Of a stretch of DNA of 64,000 nt, positions 49,345-59,987 are shown in pieces; the stretch's first letter is position 1; each line of letters begins with the position of its first letter. The notes under the pieces are model-generated. The model worked only from the letters and a program-made list of their open reading frames with translations, searched no databases and was not told where the DNA came from. Made by a program: the position numbers and the translations under genes. Location: positions 212 through 64,211 of the forward strand of contig CAZTCF010000002.1 of assembly GCA_964612685.1 (NCBI GenBank). Reading direction: 5' to 3'. The DNA is from Candidatus Woesearchaeota archaeon (GTDB lineage: Archaea; Nanobdellota; Nanobdellia; Pacearchaeales; GW2011-AR1).

Positions 49345-50180
49345 AATAAATAAAAATTATGAAAGACAATAATATAAATTAGTGCAAGATAACTAATAAG
49401 GAAAACTGGGCTGAAAGGAATTCCTTGTCTTATTAATATATACTTTTTTTTCTTTCTTAAGAAGATTATCTCTTCCTTACTAACTCCGCTCCACCTAGCT
49501 TCTATAAATCTTTTTCCAATTCTCAAATTATTGTATAACCAATCTCCCTCAGTTAAATCCCTTGTATTTATTTTTTTAACCATGCATGCCTCATCAATAG
49601 ACTTTGCAGAAAAATAAACATATGGAGAAATAAATGCCAAAACCCCAAGATACAAAAAAATATTTTCAATAAATGCAAATATAATCAAAACTACTGCAAG
49701 CAAAGTTGAAATATAAAATACACTTTTTCTTTTCTTAAACTGACTTGAAAATTCCCTTATGAATCTCTTTCTATTTTTAATTCCTAAATAGATTCCTATG
49801 ACTACCCCATAAAAAGCCCCTGCAACAAGGAAAAACAAAAGAAAAACAAGTGCAGAATTAATATTTACAAGAAACGTCTCCGAAAAAGGTATAACTGCTC
49901 CCAAAGAAATCATTAACTTTGCATCTCCTCCAGCAAACACTTTCCCATAATATAACATATTGCCAACTAAAAAGAATATTCCAAATCCTACAACCCCTTG
50001 CAAAAAGAAAGAAAACCCTTCCTGTCCAAATAAAGAATAAAAAAATCTGAATCCCAATGCAAAGATTGCAAGAGAAAAATTAAGCCAATTTGCAATTTCT
50101 CTTTTCCTTAAATCTTGTACAACAGCAAATATTATCCATATCAAACCCAAGATAATTAAAAACAAATTTCCAACCCCCAT
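49341..50180 (-). CDS. Prepilin peptidase (A24)
   Basis: QDLRKREI, GGDAKL, IPFSP; multi-TM. Confidence 0.9.
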   Translation of the reverse strand: MGVGNLFLIILGLIWIIFAVVQDLRKREIANWLNFSLAIFALGFRFFYSLFGQEGFSFFLQGVVGFGIFFLVGNMLYYGKVFAGGDAKLMISLGAVIPFSETFLVNINSALVFLLFFLVAGAFYGVVIGIYLGIKNRKRFIREFSSQFKKRKSVFYISTLLAVVLIIFAFIENIFLYLGVLAFISPYVYFSAKSIDEACMVKKINTRDLTEGDWLYNNLRIGKRFIEARWSGVSKEEIIFLRKKKKYILIRQGIPFSPVFLISYLALIYIIVFHNFYLF

Positions 50181-50344
50181 TAACAGAATTAGTAAATTTA
50201 ATTTATAAACTTAGCCAATTTTGACAACCCGATATTTTCCACCTTTTTTATAAGGATGTTTTTTCTTTTCTTTTCTCTTTTCCTTACTTTTATTTCTTTT
50301 CTCAGAACAAGCATAATTTGACATATTACCTATTTTAAAAAAAT

Positions 50345-50677
50345 TTAATTAGCACACAAGCCTGGACAGGGTTCTACCCCATATTGTCTTGAGATATAAT
50401 TCTGCTTGGTAGCCAAATCATTACAAGTAGCCTCAAACTTAGGATTGGTTCCATCCTTAACTTCTCTAGGGACAGCACAGAAATCATATTGTGCGCCTGT
50501 AGAACAAGCAACCCCACAAGAATTCTTCACTGTATCTAAATTGGTAGAACTTACCCATGGAAGAAGTTTGCTCCACCCCATAGTAAATCCTAAAATTAAC
50601 ACAACAAGTATAACTAATCCTAAAATAAGCAAAATCACCGTACTAATACTCATCCCTTGAGCCTTTTTGTTTATCAT
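50345..50677 (-). CDS. Type IV pilin-like protein
   Basis: Class III signal KKAQG then hydrophobic helix; 6 Cys. Confidence 0.85.
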   Translation of the reverse strand: MINKKAQGMSISTVILLILGLVILVVLILGFTMGWSKLLPWVSSTNLDTVKNSCGVACSTGAQYDFCAVPREVKDGTNPKFEATCNDLATKQNYISRQYGVEPCPGLCAN

Positions 50678-50733
50678 CTTCTCTTTTTGTTATTTAGTAA
50701 TTAAATAAATTAACACCTATTTAAAAATCTTTC

Positions 50734-51006
50734 TTATGAAGGATTATACTCCACAGAAAACACAATCACTTCCTTAAACCAATTAAAACCCCACTCTGGA
50801 GAGAATTTTGTAGCTTTCTCATTTAAATAAATATGATCAAGATTATGTGACTCAATCTGAATATTTGCTTTTTCTATTATTTCCACTCCTATAAAAGATG
50901 TATTAAGTTGATGAGAAGAATAAATAAAACTAAAAATAGCCAAAGTACAAACTGCAAAGACTCCTATCACCAAAATAGTCAAAGGCAAATCTCCTCTTTT
51001 ATCCAT
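50734..51006 (-). CDS. Type IV pilin-like protein
   Basis: DKRG then hydrophobic helix. Confidence 0.8.
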   Translation of the reverse strand: MDKRGDLPLTILVIGVFAVCTLAIFSFIYSSHQLNTSFIGVEIIEKANIQIESHNLDHIYLNEKATKFSPEWGFNWFKEVIVFSVEYNPS

Positions 51007-51268
51007 TTTCTCCAGCCTGAGATATCCATCCCTGAATTCTGTTTTTATTCATTGAACTTATAGTATATGCAAACTGTGTCTTTGAAGTTACCCAATCCAC
51101 TGATTCTCCGGAATCGTCAGATAAATTTACTTTAAGATATTTTGTTGCAGAAAGTATAGATGAAGCGTAAATAAAAATTATTAAAACTACTATCAAAACA
51201 ATAGTAGCTATAACCCATGTCAAAAATTCCCCTACCTGAGCTTTTTTATTATTTTTATTGTTTAGCAT
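50999..51268 (-). CDS. Type IV pilin-like protein
   Basis: NKKAQVGE then hydrophobic helix. Confidence 0.82.
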   Translation of the reverse strand: MLNNKNNKKAQVGEFLTWVIATIVLIVVLIIFIYASSILSATKYLKVNLSDDSGESVDWVTSKTQFAYTISSMNKNRIQGWISQAGENG

Positions 51269-51791
51269 TTTTTTCAGACTTGCCTATTACAGACAAAATT
51301 TTAATTAAGTGTTGATTTTTATCTTCATCCAAAGCATAAAATCTTTTTTCAGTACATTTTGCAAGTTTCCTATACTCTTTACTATTTTCTTTTTTTATAT
51401 AACAATCCATCTCCCAATTATTATTCCCACCATAAAAACTAAAAACTGGATACTCTAAATCCGTAACTTCATAAAACTCCACCTTATAGAAATATTGTAT
51501 TTCATCTCCATATCCTTCCTCAACATTAAAATTAAAATTACAATCTTCGCTGAAAGTATTCCCTATCTCTTGATTAAATCCTTCTTCTACAAACAAATTT
51601 GGATTTAACGTACCTTGCCTTGATAGGCAATCGGCAATTCTCCCTGCAAATATCTCTGATTCTATCTCTCTAACATCATAAGGGGGACCATAAAAAACAT
51701 AAACCATAGCAAAAACCCCTCCTCCAATAAGTGTTAAAACAACAAACCAGTATATTGAAAGAATTTTATCTGTGCCGCGTTTATCTCTCAT
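51255..51791 (-). CDS. Type IV pilin-like protein
   Basis: DKRG then hydrophobic helix. Confidence 0.8.
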   Translation of the reverse strand: MRDKRGTDKILSIYWFVVLTLIGGGVFAMVYVFYGPPYDVREIESEIFAGRIADCLSRQGTLNPNLFVEEGFNQEIGNTFSEDCNFNFNVEEGYGDEIQYFYKVEFYEVTDLEYPVFSFYGGNNNWEMDCYIKKENSKEYRKLAKCTEKRFYALDEDKNQHLIKILSVIGKSEKNAKQ

Positions 51792-52198
51792 GTTCCTCTC
51801 CTATCTTCTTTAATTCTAAATACATACATCCCCGTGTACTCTCCCATATTATCTTTTTCAGCATTTGCTGAGACAACAACATCATTAAAAAAAGCATAAG
51901 TGTAACCCTTCCCTTCACCAAACTTAACTGTAACAAAATTTCCAGTTATTATTACAGCATTTCCAAAATCAACCCCGCTTTTCTCTGTAAGCTTTTTTCC
52001 TTTTTCCATATCTAATTTTACCTCCATCCCAGAAATTGAAGAATCAACAAACATAGCAATCTCTTTTGAATAAACTTGCTCCAAAACAAGTGTTCCACTT
52101 CCTTGCTTCAACAGAAAAAGAATAAGAATTGATAAAAAAAGAACATTCAAAATTATAAAAACAATGTTCTCAACAAGAATCGTCCCCTTTTTTTTCAT
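51788..52198 (-). CDS. Type IV pilin-like protein
   Basis: KKKG-TILVE then hydrophobic helix. Confidence 0.82.
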   Translation of the reverse strand: MKKKGTILVENIVFIILNVLFLSILILFLLKQGSGTLVLEQVYSKEIAMFVDSSISGMEVKLDMEKGKKLTEKSGVDFGNAVIITGNFVTVKFGEGKGYTYAFFNDVVVSANAEKDNMGEYTGMYVFRIKEDRRGT

Positions 52199-52232
52199 AT
52201 ATAGTTTATGGAAATATGATTAATAAAATTAT

Positions 52233-53186
52233 CTAAGTGGAAGTTAAAATATCTGCACAATTAAGCAATTCAAATTCCTCTGAGCTTGCTTCTGTTATTG
52301 TTGGAGCCATAAATTTATTGCCTACCCCATCTCCCTCAACAACTATTGCTCCTATTTTAGGAGAAATTAAATCGGATAAGACTAATTCTCCAGCAATACC
52401 TGCTCCCGCACCAGCAACCTCTCCCACAAGAACAGTAGAAACAAGTGCTGGAGCTATTCCTCCTGTTGCAACTGAAACAGCCCCGATTCCTGCAATTAAT
52501 GCTCCTCCCAACGCCCAAGTAAGGGTGTTTGACTCACTTGTAATTCCCATAACTACAAAATACTGTTTTCCGAATTCTATTGAACCAAAATTAACATCCT
52601 CTCCCACTCTTCTTGATAAATCTCTTTTCAATCTATCCACATCATTAGTTCTTAAAAGATATGATGCATAAGTTCCCTCTCCCTCGGGTAAAGAAGTCTT
52701 AGAAAGATACTCATAAAGTTTATCCTGACTTATCTCTTCCCCAACCCCCTCAATATCTTTTACACTATCATCTAAAACAAACTGGGTACATATAGAACAA
52801 TAATTACGCGGGACTCCCGTAGGATTGACATAGCTTATTCTCCCCTCCCCAAACATCCACCAACAATCTGCCATTTCTTTAGCCAGGGCAGCATAAATTT
52901 CTTCTTCAGATTTTACTTTAACTATCTCTGGACTAGTCATCCTCTCACAACTACCATCCTTGCTTAAACAAATATAAGTCCTTGAACATTTTAATGGGGT
53001 TGCAGCATCTGGAAGAACCGTCCCCTTCAATACAACAGAATTATGGCATATCTCTTTATCTGTTTCTTCTGCAGGATTTAATCTAAAAATAAAAAATAAT
53101 ATAACGGCAAAGCTAATCAAAAGTATAATCAACAAAACTATCTGTTGTGTAGTTATCTCCCCTTTATTATCAATATTTTTTTTCAT
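52233..53186 (-). CDS. Large pilin-like protein with internal Gly/Ala hydrophobic hairpin
   Basis: NKG-EITT then hydrophobic helix; Cys-rich body; ALGGALIAGIGAVSVATGG. Confidence 0.8.
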   Translation of the reverse strand: MKKNIDNKGEITTQQIVLLIILLISFAVILFFIFRLNPAEETDKEICHNSVVLKGTVLPDAATPLKCSRTYICLSKDGSCERMTSPEIVKVKSEEEIYAALAKEMADCWWMFGEGRISYVNPTGVPRNYCSICTQFVLDDSVKDIEGVGEEISQDKLYEYLSKTSLPEGEGTYASYLLRTNDVDRLKRDLSRRVGEDVNFGSIEFGKQYFVVMGITSESNTLTWALGGALIAGIGAVSVATGGIAPALVSTVLVGEVAGAGAGIAGELVLSDLISPKIGAIVVEGDGVGNKFMAPTITEASSEEFELLNCADILTST

Positions 53187-53192
53187 TTAAAG

Positions 53193-53294
53193 TCAAAGCA
53201 CTCCTGTTCTTTTAAGCATAAAAAATAATCCTGTTAAAGCCACCCCAAAAAAGATTATCCAAATTAAATACTTTATCATCTCATCAATATTCAT
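53193..53294 (-). CDS. 33-aa membrane peptide
   Basis: MNIDEMIKYLIWIIFFGVALTGLFFMLKRTGVL*; ATGA overlap; below track cutoff. Confidence 0.7.
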   Translation of the reverse strand: MNIDEMIKYLIWIIFFGVALTGLFFMLKRTGVL

Positions 53295-53782
53295 CTTGAC
53301 TCCTCCAAAAAGATTTTCCCGTTTTGATTTTTAATTCCAACAAATAAAAGATTGTCCGCACCATTTATTTTAAAATCAAATTCATCTATAGCAAGATTTT
53401 CAACGATTAAACATTCCCCTGTTTTATCACACTTAGCTGCCTGAGACCTCAAAAGCTCTATCTGCGATTTCGCGCAAATACAAACGCATTTTTCGTTTAA
53501 ACAAGAATTAGGTTTTTCCTCTCCTACAAAACTATACACATGCCATCCTACAGGCTGAGGAACATCCTGTCTTTCACTCCCTCCCTCAATTAAAGAAGAG
53601 ATTATTACTTCTAATCTAGATAGAGAATCTCTAGCTTGTTCTAATTTCTTTTCAGAAGTGCTAGAATTATAAACTGCTATTAAAAGATAAATTAAAAAAA
53701 CTATACAAATAACCGCAATAATTATCTTCAAGGTTTCCTCAGCTAAAAGAAACCCCTTTTTATTTTTATTAAAAATATTCAT
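53291..53782 (-). CDS. Type IV pilin-like protein
   Basis: ATG 53782; NKKG-FLLAE then hydrophobic helix. Confidence 0.82.
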   Translation of the reverse strand: MNIFNKNKKGFLLAEETLKIIIAVICIVFLIYLLIAVYNSSTSEKKLEQARDSLSRLEVIISSLIEGGSERQDVPQPVGWHVYSFVGEEKPNSCLNEKCVCICAKSQIELLRSQAAKCDKTGECLIVENLAIDEFDFKINGADNLLFVGIKNQNGKIFLEESR

Positions 53783-53783
53783 C

Positions 53784-53945
53784 TTAATATAATCCCATAA
53801 AAAATTTAACTGTCTCTCCTCCCCCAAAATTCCTAAAAAAGTCAATTACATTATTCTTAAAAAAATAATAAACTGCAAAAACAACCACCCCCACGACCAC
53901 CAACCCTATAATTATTTTTATTATATTTTCTATTGTAAGTTCCAT
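53784..53945 (-). CDS. 53-aa pilin-like protein without a basic leader
   Basis: MELTIENIIKIIIGLVVVGVVVFAVYYFF...; SD AGGAGGT; below track cutoff. Confidence 0.75.
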   Translation of the reverse strand: MELTIENIIKIIIGLVVVGVVVFAVYYFFKNNVIDFFRNFGGGETVKFFMGLY

Positions 53946-53947
53946 TA

Positions 53948-54103
53948 CTACCTCCTAAAAAGGTTAGAAATTTTATCTATTAAGGATGTCCCTTCTTGTT
54001 TAAGAAAAAATATAGATATTACAATAATTACTAAAAGTGCGAGAGCGATTAAAAGCCAGGGAAGATATTCCATAGCCACCCCTTTCTTATTCCTCTTTGC
54101 CAT
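53948..54103 (-). CDS. 51-aa Flp-like minimal pilin
   Basis: MAKRNKKG-VAMEYLPWLLIALALLVIIVISIFFL...; below track cutoff. Confidence 0.8.
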   Translation of the reverse strand: MAKRNKKGVAMEYLPWLLIALALLVIIVISIFFLKQEGTSLIDKISNLFRR

Positions 54104-54152
54104 TTATAATACAAAAAAAGAGAGTTAATAAAATTTACTTAAATCCTTCATT

Positions 54153-56351
54153 CTAAGAAAGAACCCCTCCAAGAACAACTGTAGAAAGTACAAATAATGC
54201 TATTGAACAAAGCAAGGCAGTGAAAAAGTAAAACAACATTCCAGTTTTTAGATTTTCTCCAATCTTTCTTGTTCTCTCAAGCTTATCCTCTCCTGAATCT
54301 ATTGTGACTAGAGTTCCTGTAAGTATAAAGATAACTTCTATTAGATATATCCCTATCGCAATCTGAAGGAAATAGGGAGGGATCATCTCATTCATCTTAA
54401 ATACCCCCTCTGGACCAAGTAAATTGGCCAAATTACCATAACTAGAAAGATCCGCCCCCTCTTCAGAGAAAGCATTAGATAAATTGTTAAGAATAGATGC
54501 AATCATCATTGCCAGCCCAATAACTATACCAGATAATAATGGTGCAAGGAAAGTCATATTACTCTTCATTTCCGAAACAATCTCCGCAAGAATATCTTTC
54601 AAACGTTCTGTTATCTTTTGAATATTTTTAACGTACTCTGAAATACTCATTAAACTGACAGCAGCAATCTTAAGCCCTTTCTTAGAAGACTCTACAAGAA
54701 CTTTCATACTTGTAGCGATTAAATCTGAAGGGTAAAAAAGAATAACCCCCCGACGAGAATCAAAAATAGCCTTTTCAACACTCATACCCATTTGCTGGAT
54801 GTTATAATTTACTCTCTTAAAAAATTCTCCAGTCACAAGTCCTTTAGAAGATTCAGCAACTTTACCAAAAACAAGCTCAGGAGGTGTCCCATCTCCTAAC
54901 CGATTACCAATCTGAAACAAAGAGTTGTTGAATTCTGATTCAAGTTGTTTAGTTCTATTTCTTTCTTCAATAATATTACTTGTACGGTCTTTGAAAGCAA
55001 TAGAAAAAAACAATGCAACCCCAAGGGGGATACACAAACTCATAATCAAGGCTACAAAGCCAAATGGGCCCACAATACCCTTCTCTGTTTCCTTAAACTC
55101 AAAAAGGCTTGTATCAAAAATTCCGCCCTCCCCTTCAAATGGGAGTAAATCGCCAATCATAGGATTGCTTGATATCCCCAAAGCATCGGGTAAAGGGGTG
55201 TATTGGAAAATTAAAGGAAGCAAACCAATAATAAACAAAGGAAGACAAATTAAAAATGCTGCAAAATATGGTTGCTTAGATTTATATTGGGGATAAAGCG
55301 GGTTTTTTTCCAAATAAGATGTTTCTCCATACCCTCCTGGCCTTAACAACATAATTTTATCCATCATAAAAAAAGCTAAAAAAGGGATTATCAGAGTATA
55401 AAGTACGAAAATATGTGTCCATTTTATCATTCCTCCCATCATTGCAGAAGCAAGAGGGATAAGAGCTATCCCTAAAACAGGCAACATTATTGCAAGCATA
55501 TAAACATTAGTCATAGGAGCTTTAACATCATGAGTAAACTTAAGCATCTTTTCATAAACCCCATCAAGAACAACTTGTATTGCTTTCTCAAGGGTGGCAA
55601 TTCTTCTAACTTTATTCGGTTCATACAAACTACTCTCAATCAAATGAAAAGATTCTATAAACTCAACAGAATAATCTCTCCATCCCTCAAGATAATTATC
55701 TAGACTTTCTTTTATCGTCGGAAACTTACCTATTGCAACATTATAAAATATCTTTTTAAAATCCAACGCTAAAGGATATTGCAAATGTTCCGAAGCAAAG
55801 GCTATTGCCTTTTCTAAATTAGGAGTATGCCTCATATAAACAACAACATAGAGTATAGCAGGAACCATCTGAGAAGAAGCCTTTAATCTCCATTTGCTAG
55901 CATATCTCGAAGGATAATTATTGAAATAATAAAACAAAAATATAGAAAGAGTTGTTATAAGAAAAAAGAATAAAGTTGGGAAAGCGCTAAATCCATACTT
56001 GTTAAAAACAGAGTAAATTACAGAAGAAATTATCCCAAAAAAGAAAACCGAAATAAAAACAACAACGCTAAAAGTAATTGCTTGCCAGGGTTCTATATTC
56101 ATATGGGAAATTTCTATATCTTTTTGCATCTTTTCTGAATCTTTCTTTGAAGGGGTTAACCTCACAACATTTCCCACTCTCCTACACCAAGTTTCATAGC
56201 CAGTCAATTCTCTTTCAGTTTCACCAATAAATTTAGAATAAGATTTACTATCTTTAACCACCCCAAGATCTGAAGTTTTTATCTCTCCCTCAATTTTACT
56301 TCCATATTTATTAAGAATTTCATCTACAGTGGGTTTTCTATAAGGTTGCAT
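54153..56351 (-). CDS. Pilus platform membrane protein (TadB/C, PilC-like)
   Basis: Multi-TM with two cytoplasmic domains; next to the pilus ATPase. Confidence 0.8.
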   Translation of the reverse strand: MQPYRKPTVDEILNKYGSKIEGEIKTSDLGVVKDSKSYSKFIGETERELTGYETWCRRVGNVVRLTPSKKDSEKMQKDIEISHMNIEPWQAITFSVVVFISVFFFGIISSVIYSVFNKYGFSAFPTLFFFLITTLSIFLFYYFNNYPSRYASKWRLKASSQMVPAILYVVVYMRHTPNLEKAIAFASEHLQYPLALDFKKIFYNVAIGKFPTIKESLDNYLEGWRDYSVEFIESFHLIESSLYEPNKVRRIATLEKAIQVVLDGVYEKMLKFTHDVKAPMTNVYMLAIMLPVLGIALIPLASAMMGGMIKWTHIFVLYTLIIPFLAFFMMDKIMLLRPGGYGETSYLEKNPLYPQYKSKQPYFAAFLICLPLFIIGLLPLIFQYTPLPDALGISSNPMIGDLLPFEGEGGIFDTSLFEFKETEKGIVGPFGFVALIMSLCIPLGVALFFSIAFKDRTSNIIEERNRTKQLESEFNNSLFQIGNRLGDGTPPELVFGKVAESSKGLVTGEFFKRVNYNIQQMGMSVEKAIFDSRRGVILFYPSDLIATSMKVLVESSKKGLKIAAVSLMSISEYVKNIQKITERLKDILAEIVSEMKSNMTFLAPLLSGIVIGLAMMIASILNNLSNAFSEEGADLSSYGNLANLLGPEGVFKMNEMIPPYFLQIAIGIYLIEVIFILTGTLVTIDSGEDKLERTRKIGENLKTGMLFYFFTALLCSIALFVLSTVVLGGVLS

Positions 56352-56479
56352 TTTTTCCTCTTTTTTAAAATCTTAAAAATATTACAAATTTACATTTGCT
56401 ATTTTATAATTATTCCAATAAAATAAAAAGAATTAATAAATGTTTAGAATAAACCCTAAAAACTAAATTAACTTACAAC

Positions 56480-58768
56480 TTAGATGGATTTTTTCTTAAC
56501 CTCATTATTTAACCAGCTTTGCCATACAGGAAAAACCCTCTCTCCCAATGGCAACCCCACCTCTTGAATTACCTCTTCAGATATTCTATGGAAAACATGA
56601 TTTGATAGTGTATTAAACTTTGACTCCAAAAGGGCAGGATTTCCTGATTTTTTTGATACATCCACAAGTTCTTTTTTTATTTTTGATCTTAAAAGAATAT
56701 TATCATAAACAGCATCCCAATTTCCAGCCCACCCCTTAACATTAGAAGCAACATCTTTTATTATTTCGCTATCTCCATTTATTAAATCTTCAGTAGGTTC
56801 TACTTCATCTTTACTGATATTATATTTCATTAAATCAACAAAACCCTTCTCAACCATTGGGTCTTTAGTCCAATGTTTTCTAACCTCAGAAAGTTGAATT
56901 AATCTTTTCCAGGCGTGTAATCCATCTGGAGATTTTATTGGATTACATACTACAATAGAATCTGTTGCTTTAAAACTGGTAACAGGCACACCCAAGTCAT
57001 TAACAACCCTATCAAAAACTCCATAAGGAGAAGCTCCATGAATAGTACCTGCAACAACATTCGCTAATGCGCCTACCCTCATAGCCTCATAAAGTGCTTT
57101 AGCCTCGACACTCCTTACCTCCCCAATAATAAGACAACTATCTCCCAACCTCAAACTAGTCCTTATTCCGTCGTCAGCTGAAACCTCGCTAGTTGTTTTT
57201 AAAAGTGCTGAACGAACTTTCATTCTTAAAATATCATAATTTAATTTTCTTAAAGATTCAACAGGCAATTCTAAAGAATCCTCAATAACAATTATCCTAT
57301 GCTTAGGAACAATTTCTAACATCAGACTTCCTAAAAGAGAAGTCTTACCTGAACTTCTTGTTCCAGCAACCAAAAGCGTTCTTGCTCCATCTATCAAAAA
57401 ACTAAGTAATCCTGCAGCAAAAGGATTAAGCATTTTATTATCTACAAAAAGAGGAAGAGTCCAGGGGCTTTCTCTATGTCGTCTTATTGAATATGCCAAC
57501 CCGTCACAAGAAAGAGGGGGCTGTACAATTGAAATTCTAGCTCTTAAATTTCCTATTTCCAATTGTGTATCTAAAATGGGATTAGCTTCATCAAGAGGCC
57601 TTCCAGATATCATTCTAAACTTTGCAGCCCAAGAGTCAGCATCTTCCTGGCTTGGAAGAATATTTGTAATACATTCATCATAATCTTGGTGTCTAACAAA
57701 AATTGGAGTTTGTGGGATTGGAGCATTTAAAGAAATATCCTGAAGATTCTTATCCTGAAGTAGAACTTCAACAATCCCAAAACCAATTGTATGTCTAACC
57801 AATATTGCTGCAAGCTTGTTAAGAGAAGAGTAATCTAATCTAATCCCTTTACTCTCAGACAGATCACGAATCAAATCTCTTGAAATGTTCATGAAAACTT
57901 GCCTTATCCTCTCAGTATCGGTAAACTCTTCCGCTTTTGGTTGATGTTCAATTAAAACCCCTCTTGCAAGATTTAGAAGTGAACTCTGGTCTTCACTTAA
58001 GGTGTTTTCTGGAGGAACAATATGATATATCAATTTAGATTCATCCTTCTTTTTCAAAATTGTAACAAAAGATTCGTCATGCTCTCCATTAGATATCATG
58101 TATTGTGAGATTATCTCTGCGTCATCGGGAAGATCTGAAACTAGACGAGTAAATGTAAAATTAGAGATAATATCTGCCCTAAAAAATTTGTTATAAATTT
58201 CTCTATCTCCTCTTCTATATTCTGGGGCATATTGTTGGAAATGTTGAATGAAACTTGTTTTGGAGAAAATAACCCAAATCTTATCAAGAAGAGAAAGATA
58301 ATTTTTTTGATCCGATTTAATTATCCCCTCCATCTTATCCAGAAGTATTTTTCCCTCTAAGATAATCTTCCTAAGTTGGAAATACGCTGCAAGGGGATCC
58401 TTCTTCAGCAAATACAAAAAAGAAAAAACTTCGTTATATCTTTTTGGAAAAAAATCCGGATTTGTTGTTACCAATCTTTCCTGACTTAAAACTTTTTCTT
58501 GTTTAAGAAGAGACATATAAAGTTGTGCTATCTCCAGAAGATAACCGGTTTCTCTTAAATCATAATTATAATTTTTTTGTTGAACAAAGACAATTCTTGA
58601 AACATTTGGATTTTCAATAAGAGAGTCTATTGTTCTCTCCATCACTTCAGGATAATCCACCAAATTTGGAACATATGGTGCCCCCATATAATTAACATAC
58701 AAAACATCTTCTCCTCCTTCTCTTTTTACTTCATAAGAATAAAGTGCTTCCTCTTTCTCAAATTGCAT
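56480..58768 (-). CDS. Type IV pilus/secretion ATPase (TadA/VirB11-like)
   Basis: AGTRSSGKT, IEDSLEL, IIGEVR, GTIHG. Confidence 0.94.
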   Translation of the reverse strand: MQFEKEEALYSYEVKREGGEDVLYVNYMGAPYVPNLVDYPEVMERTIDSLIENPNVSRIVFVQQKNYNYDLRETGYLLEIAQLYMSLLKQEKVLSQERLVTTNPDFFPKRYNEVFSFLYLLKKDPLAAYFQLRKIILEGKILLDKMEGIIKSDQKNYLSLLDKIWVIFSKTSFIQHFQQYAPEYRRGDREIYNKFFRADIISNFTFTRLVSDLPDDAEIISQYMISNGEHDESFVTILKKKDESKLIYHIVPPENTLSEDQSSLLNLARGVLIEHQPKAEEFTDTERIRQVFMNISRDLIRDLSESKGIRLDYSSLNKLAAILVRHTIGFGIVEVLLQDKNLQDISLNAPIPQTPIFVRHQDYDECITNILPSQEDADSWAAKFRMISGRPLDEANPILDTQLEIGNLRARISIVQPPLSCDGLAYSIRRHRESPWTLPLFVDNKMLNPFAAGLLSFLIDGARTLLVAGTRSSGKTSLLGSLMLEIVPKHRIIVIEDSLELPVESLRKLNYDILRMKVRSALLKTTSEVSADDGIRTSLRLGDSCLIIGEVRSVEAKALYEAMRVGALANVVAGTIHGASPYGVFDRVVNDLGVPVTSFKATDSIVVCNPIKSPDGLHAWKRLIQLSEVRKHWTKDPMVEKGFVDLMKYNISKDEVEPTEDLINGDSEIIKDVASNVKGWAGNWDAVYDNILLRSKIKKELVDVSKKSGNPALLESKFNTLSNHVFHRISEEVIQEVGLPLGERVFPVWQSWLNNEVKKKSI

Positions 58769-58845
58769 AAAAGAAAAAATTGTTTATACTTTAAAATATT
58801 TTGTATAATCCAAACAAATTTAAACTAGCTTTGCATTTACCAAAT

Positions 58846-59190
58846 ATGGCTGAAGAGGAATATGAAAATCAATATTTTACAGAAACCAGCACAAAAGTAA
58901 GAGATTTGGAAGAAAAACAAAGAATAATCAAAGACAGAATTCTTTTAATTGGACAAAACTTAATAGAAATGAAAGGAGATATACAAAATACATTTTTGAC
59001 CATAAAAAAGGATCTTGAAATAATGAAAAGAGATATTGAAAGATTAAAATCTTTTTTTGAAACTGCTTCTGGAGAATTTTCAAAGTTTGCTAAAAAAGAA
59101 GAGTTAGAAATTCTTTCCAAACAAGCAAAGATGTTTCAGCCTTTAGAATTTGTAACAAGAAAGGATTTAGAAAAATTAAAAAACAACTAA
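58846..59190 (+). CDS. Coiled-coil hypothetical protein
   Basis: ATG 58846; heptad-rich. Confidence 0.7.
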   Translation: MAEEEYENQYFTETSTKVRDLEEKQRIIKDRILLIGQNLIEMKGDIQNTFLTIKKDLEIMKRDIERLKSFFETASGEFSKFAKKEELEILSKQAKMFQPLEFVTRKDLEKLKNN

Positions 59191-59205
59191 AAACAACAAG
59201 ATAAA

Positions 59206-59946
59206 ATGGGAATACTAGAAGATATAAACAACATGAAAAATCAGGGAATTGAAGACAAAGATATTACTAAAAGGCTACAAGACAAAGGAGCTTCCCCGAA
59301 GGCAATTGAAGATGCGTTTAACCAATTAAGAATAAAACAGGCTGTATCTGCTGAATCCTCTTCTGGAGAAGAAGGAATGGAACCCTCAATAATGAAAGAT
59401 GTATCTAAAGAACCAATTGCCCCCACCCCTCAATTATACATTCCAAAAACACAAGAGATAGAACATGAAACCGAAGAATTTTACTCCCCCTCTCCATCCC
59501 CCCAAGTTCCCCAATTCAATGAAAATACTCAAGCCTCACAATATCAGGGATATCAAGAAGCTTATCCTCCTCAAGAGGGATATGAGGTTCAAGAAGGATA
59601 TTATGATCAGGGAGTAGGAGGAGCATATGATACAGATACAGTTATTGAAATTGCAGAACAAGTTTTCTCTGAGAAAATAAAAAGAGAACAAAAACAAATA
59701 GAGTCTCTTAATGAATTTGCAACCCTTGTTGAAGCAAGGATAACGAACGACCATGAAAGAATAAAAAGGATAGAAGAAATAATAGATAAACTCCAAGCAG
59801 CAATATTAGAAAAAATTGGTTCCTATGGAAGAAACATAGAAACAATAAAAGGAGAAATGGAAATGATGCAAGAATCCTTTGAAAAAATGGTACCTATCCT
59901 ACATGAAAAATCCGAACAAAAAAAGAGTTCAAGACAAAGAAAATAA
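59206..59946 (+). CDS. Hypothetical protein with Pro/Gln/Tyr-rich linker and C-terminal coiled coil
   Basis: Composition; co-oriented with the preceding gene. Confidence 0.75.
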   Translation: MGILEDINNMKNQGIEDKDITKRLQDKGASPKAIEDAFNQLRIKQAVSAESSSGEEGMEPSIMKDVSKEPIAPTPQLYIPKTQEIEHETEEFYSPSPSPQVPQFNENTQASQYQGYQEAYPPQEGYEVQEGYYDQGVGGAYDTDTVIEIAEQVFSEKIKREQKQIESLNEFATLVEARITNDHERIKRIEEIIDKLQAAILEKIGSYGRNIETIKGEMEMMQESFEKMVPILHEKSEQKKSSRQRK

Positions 59947-59987
59947 AGGATAAAATTCCTTCTATCCAATACCTAATACAATAAAAA

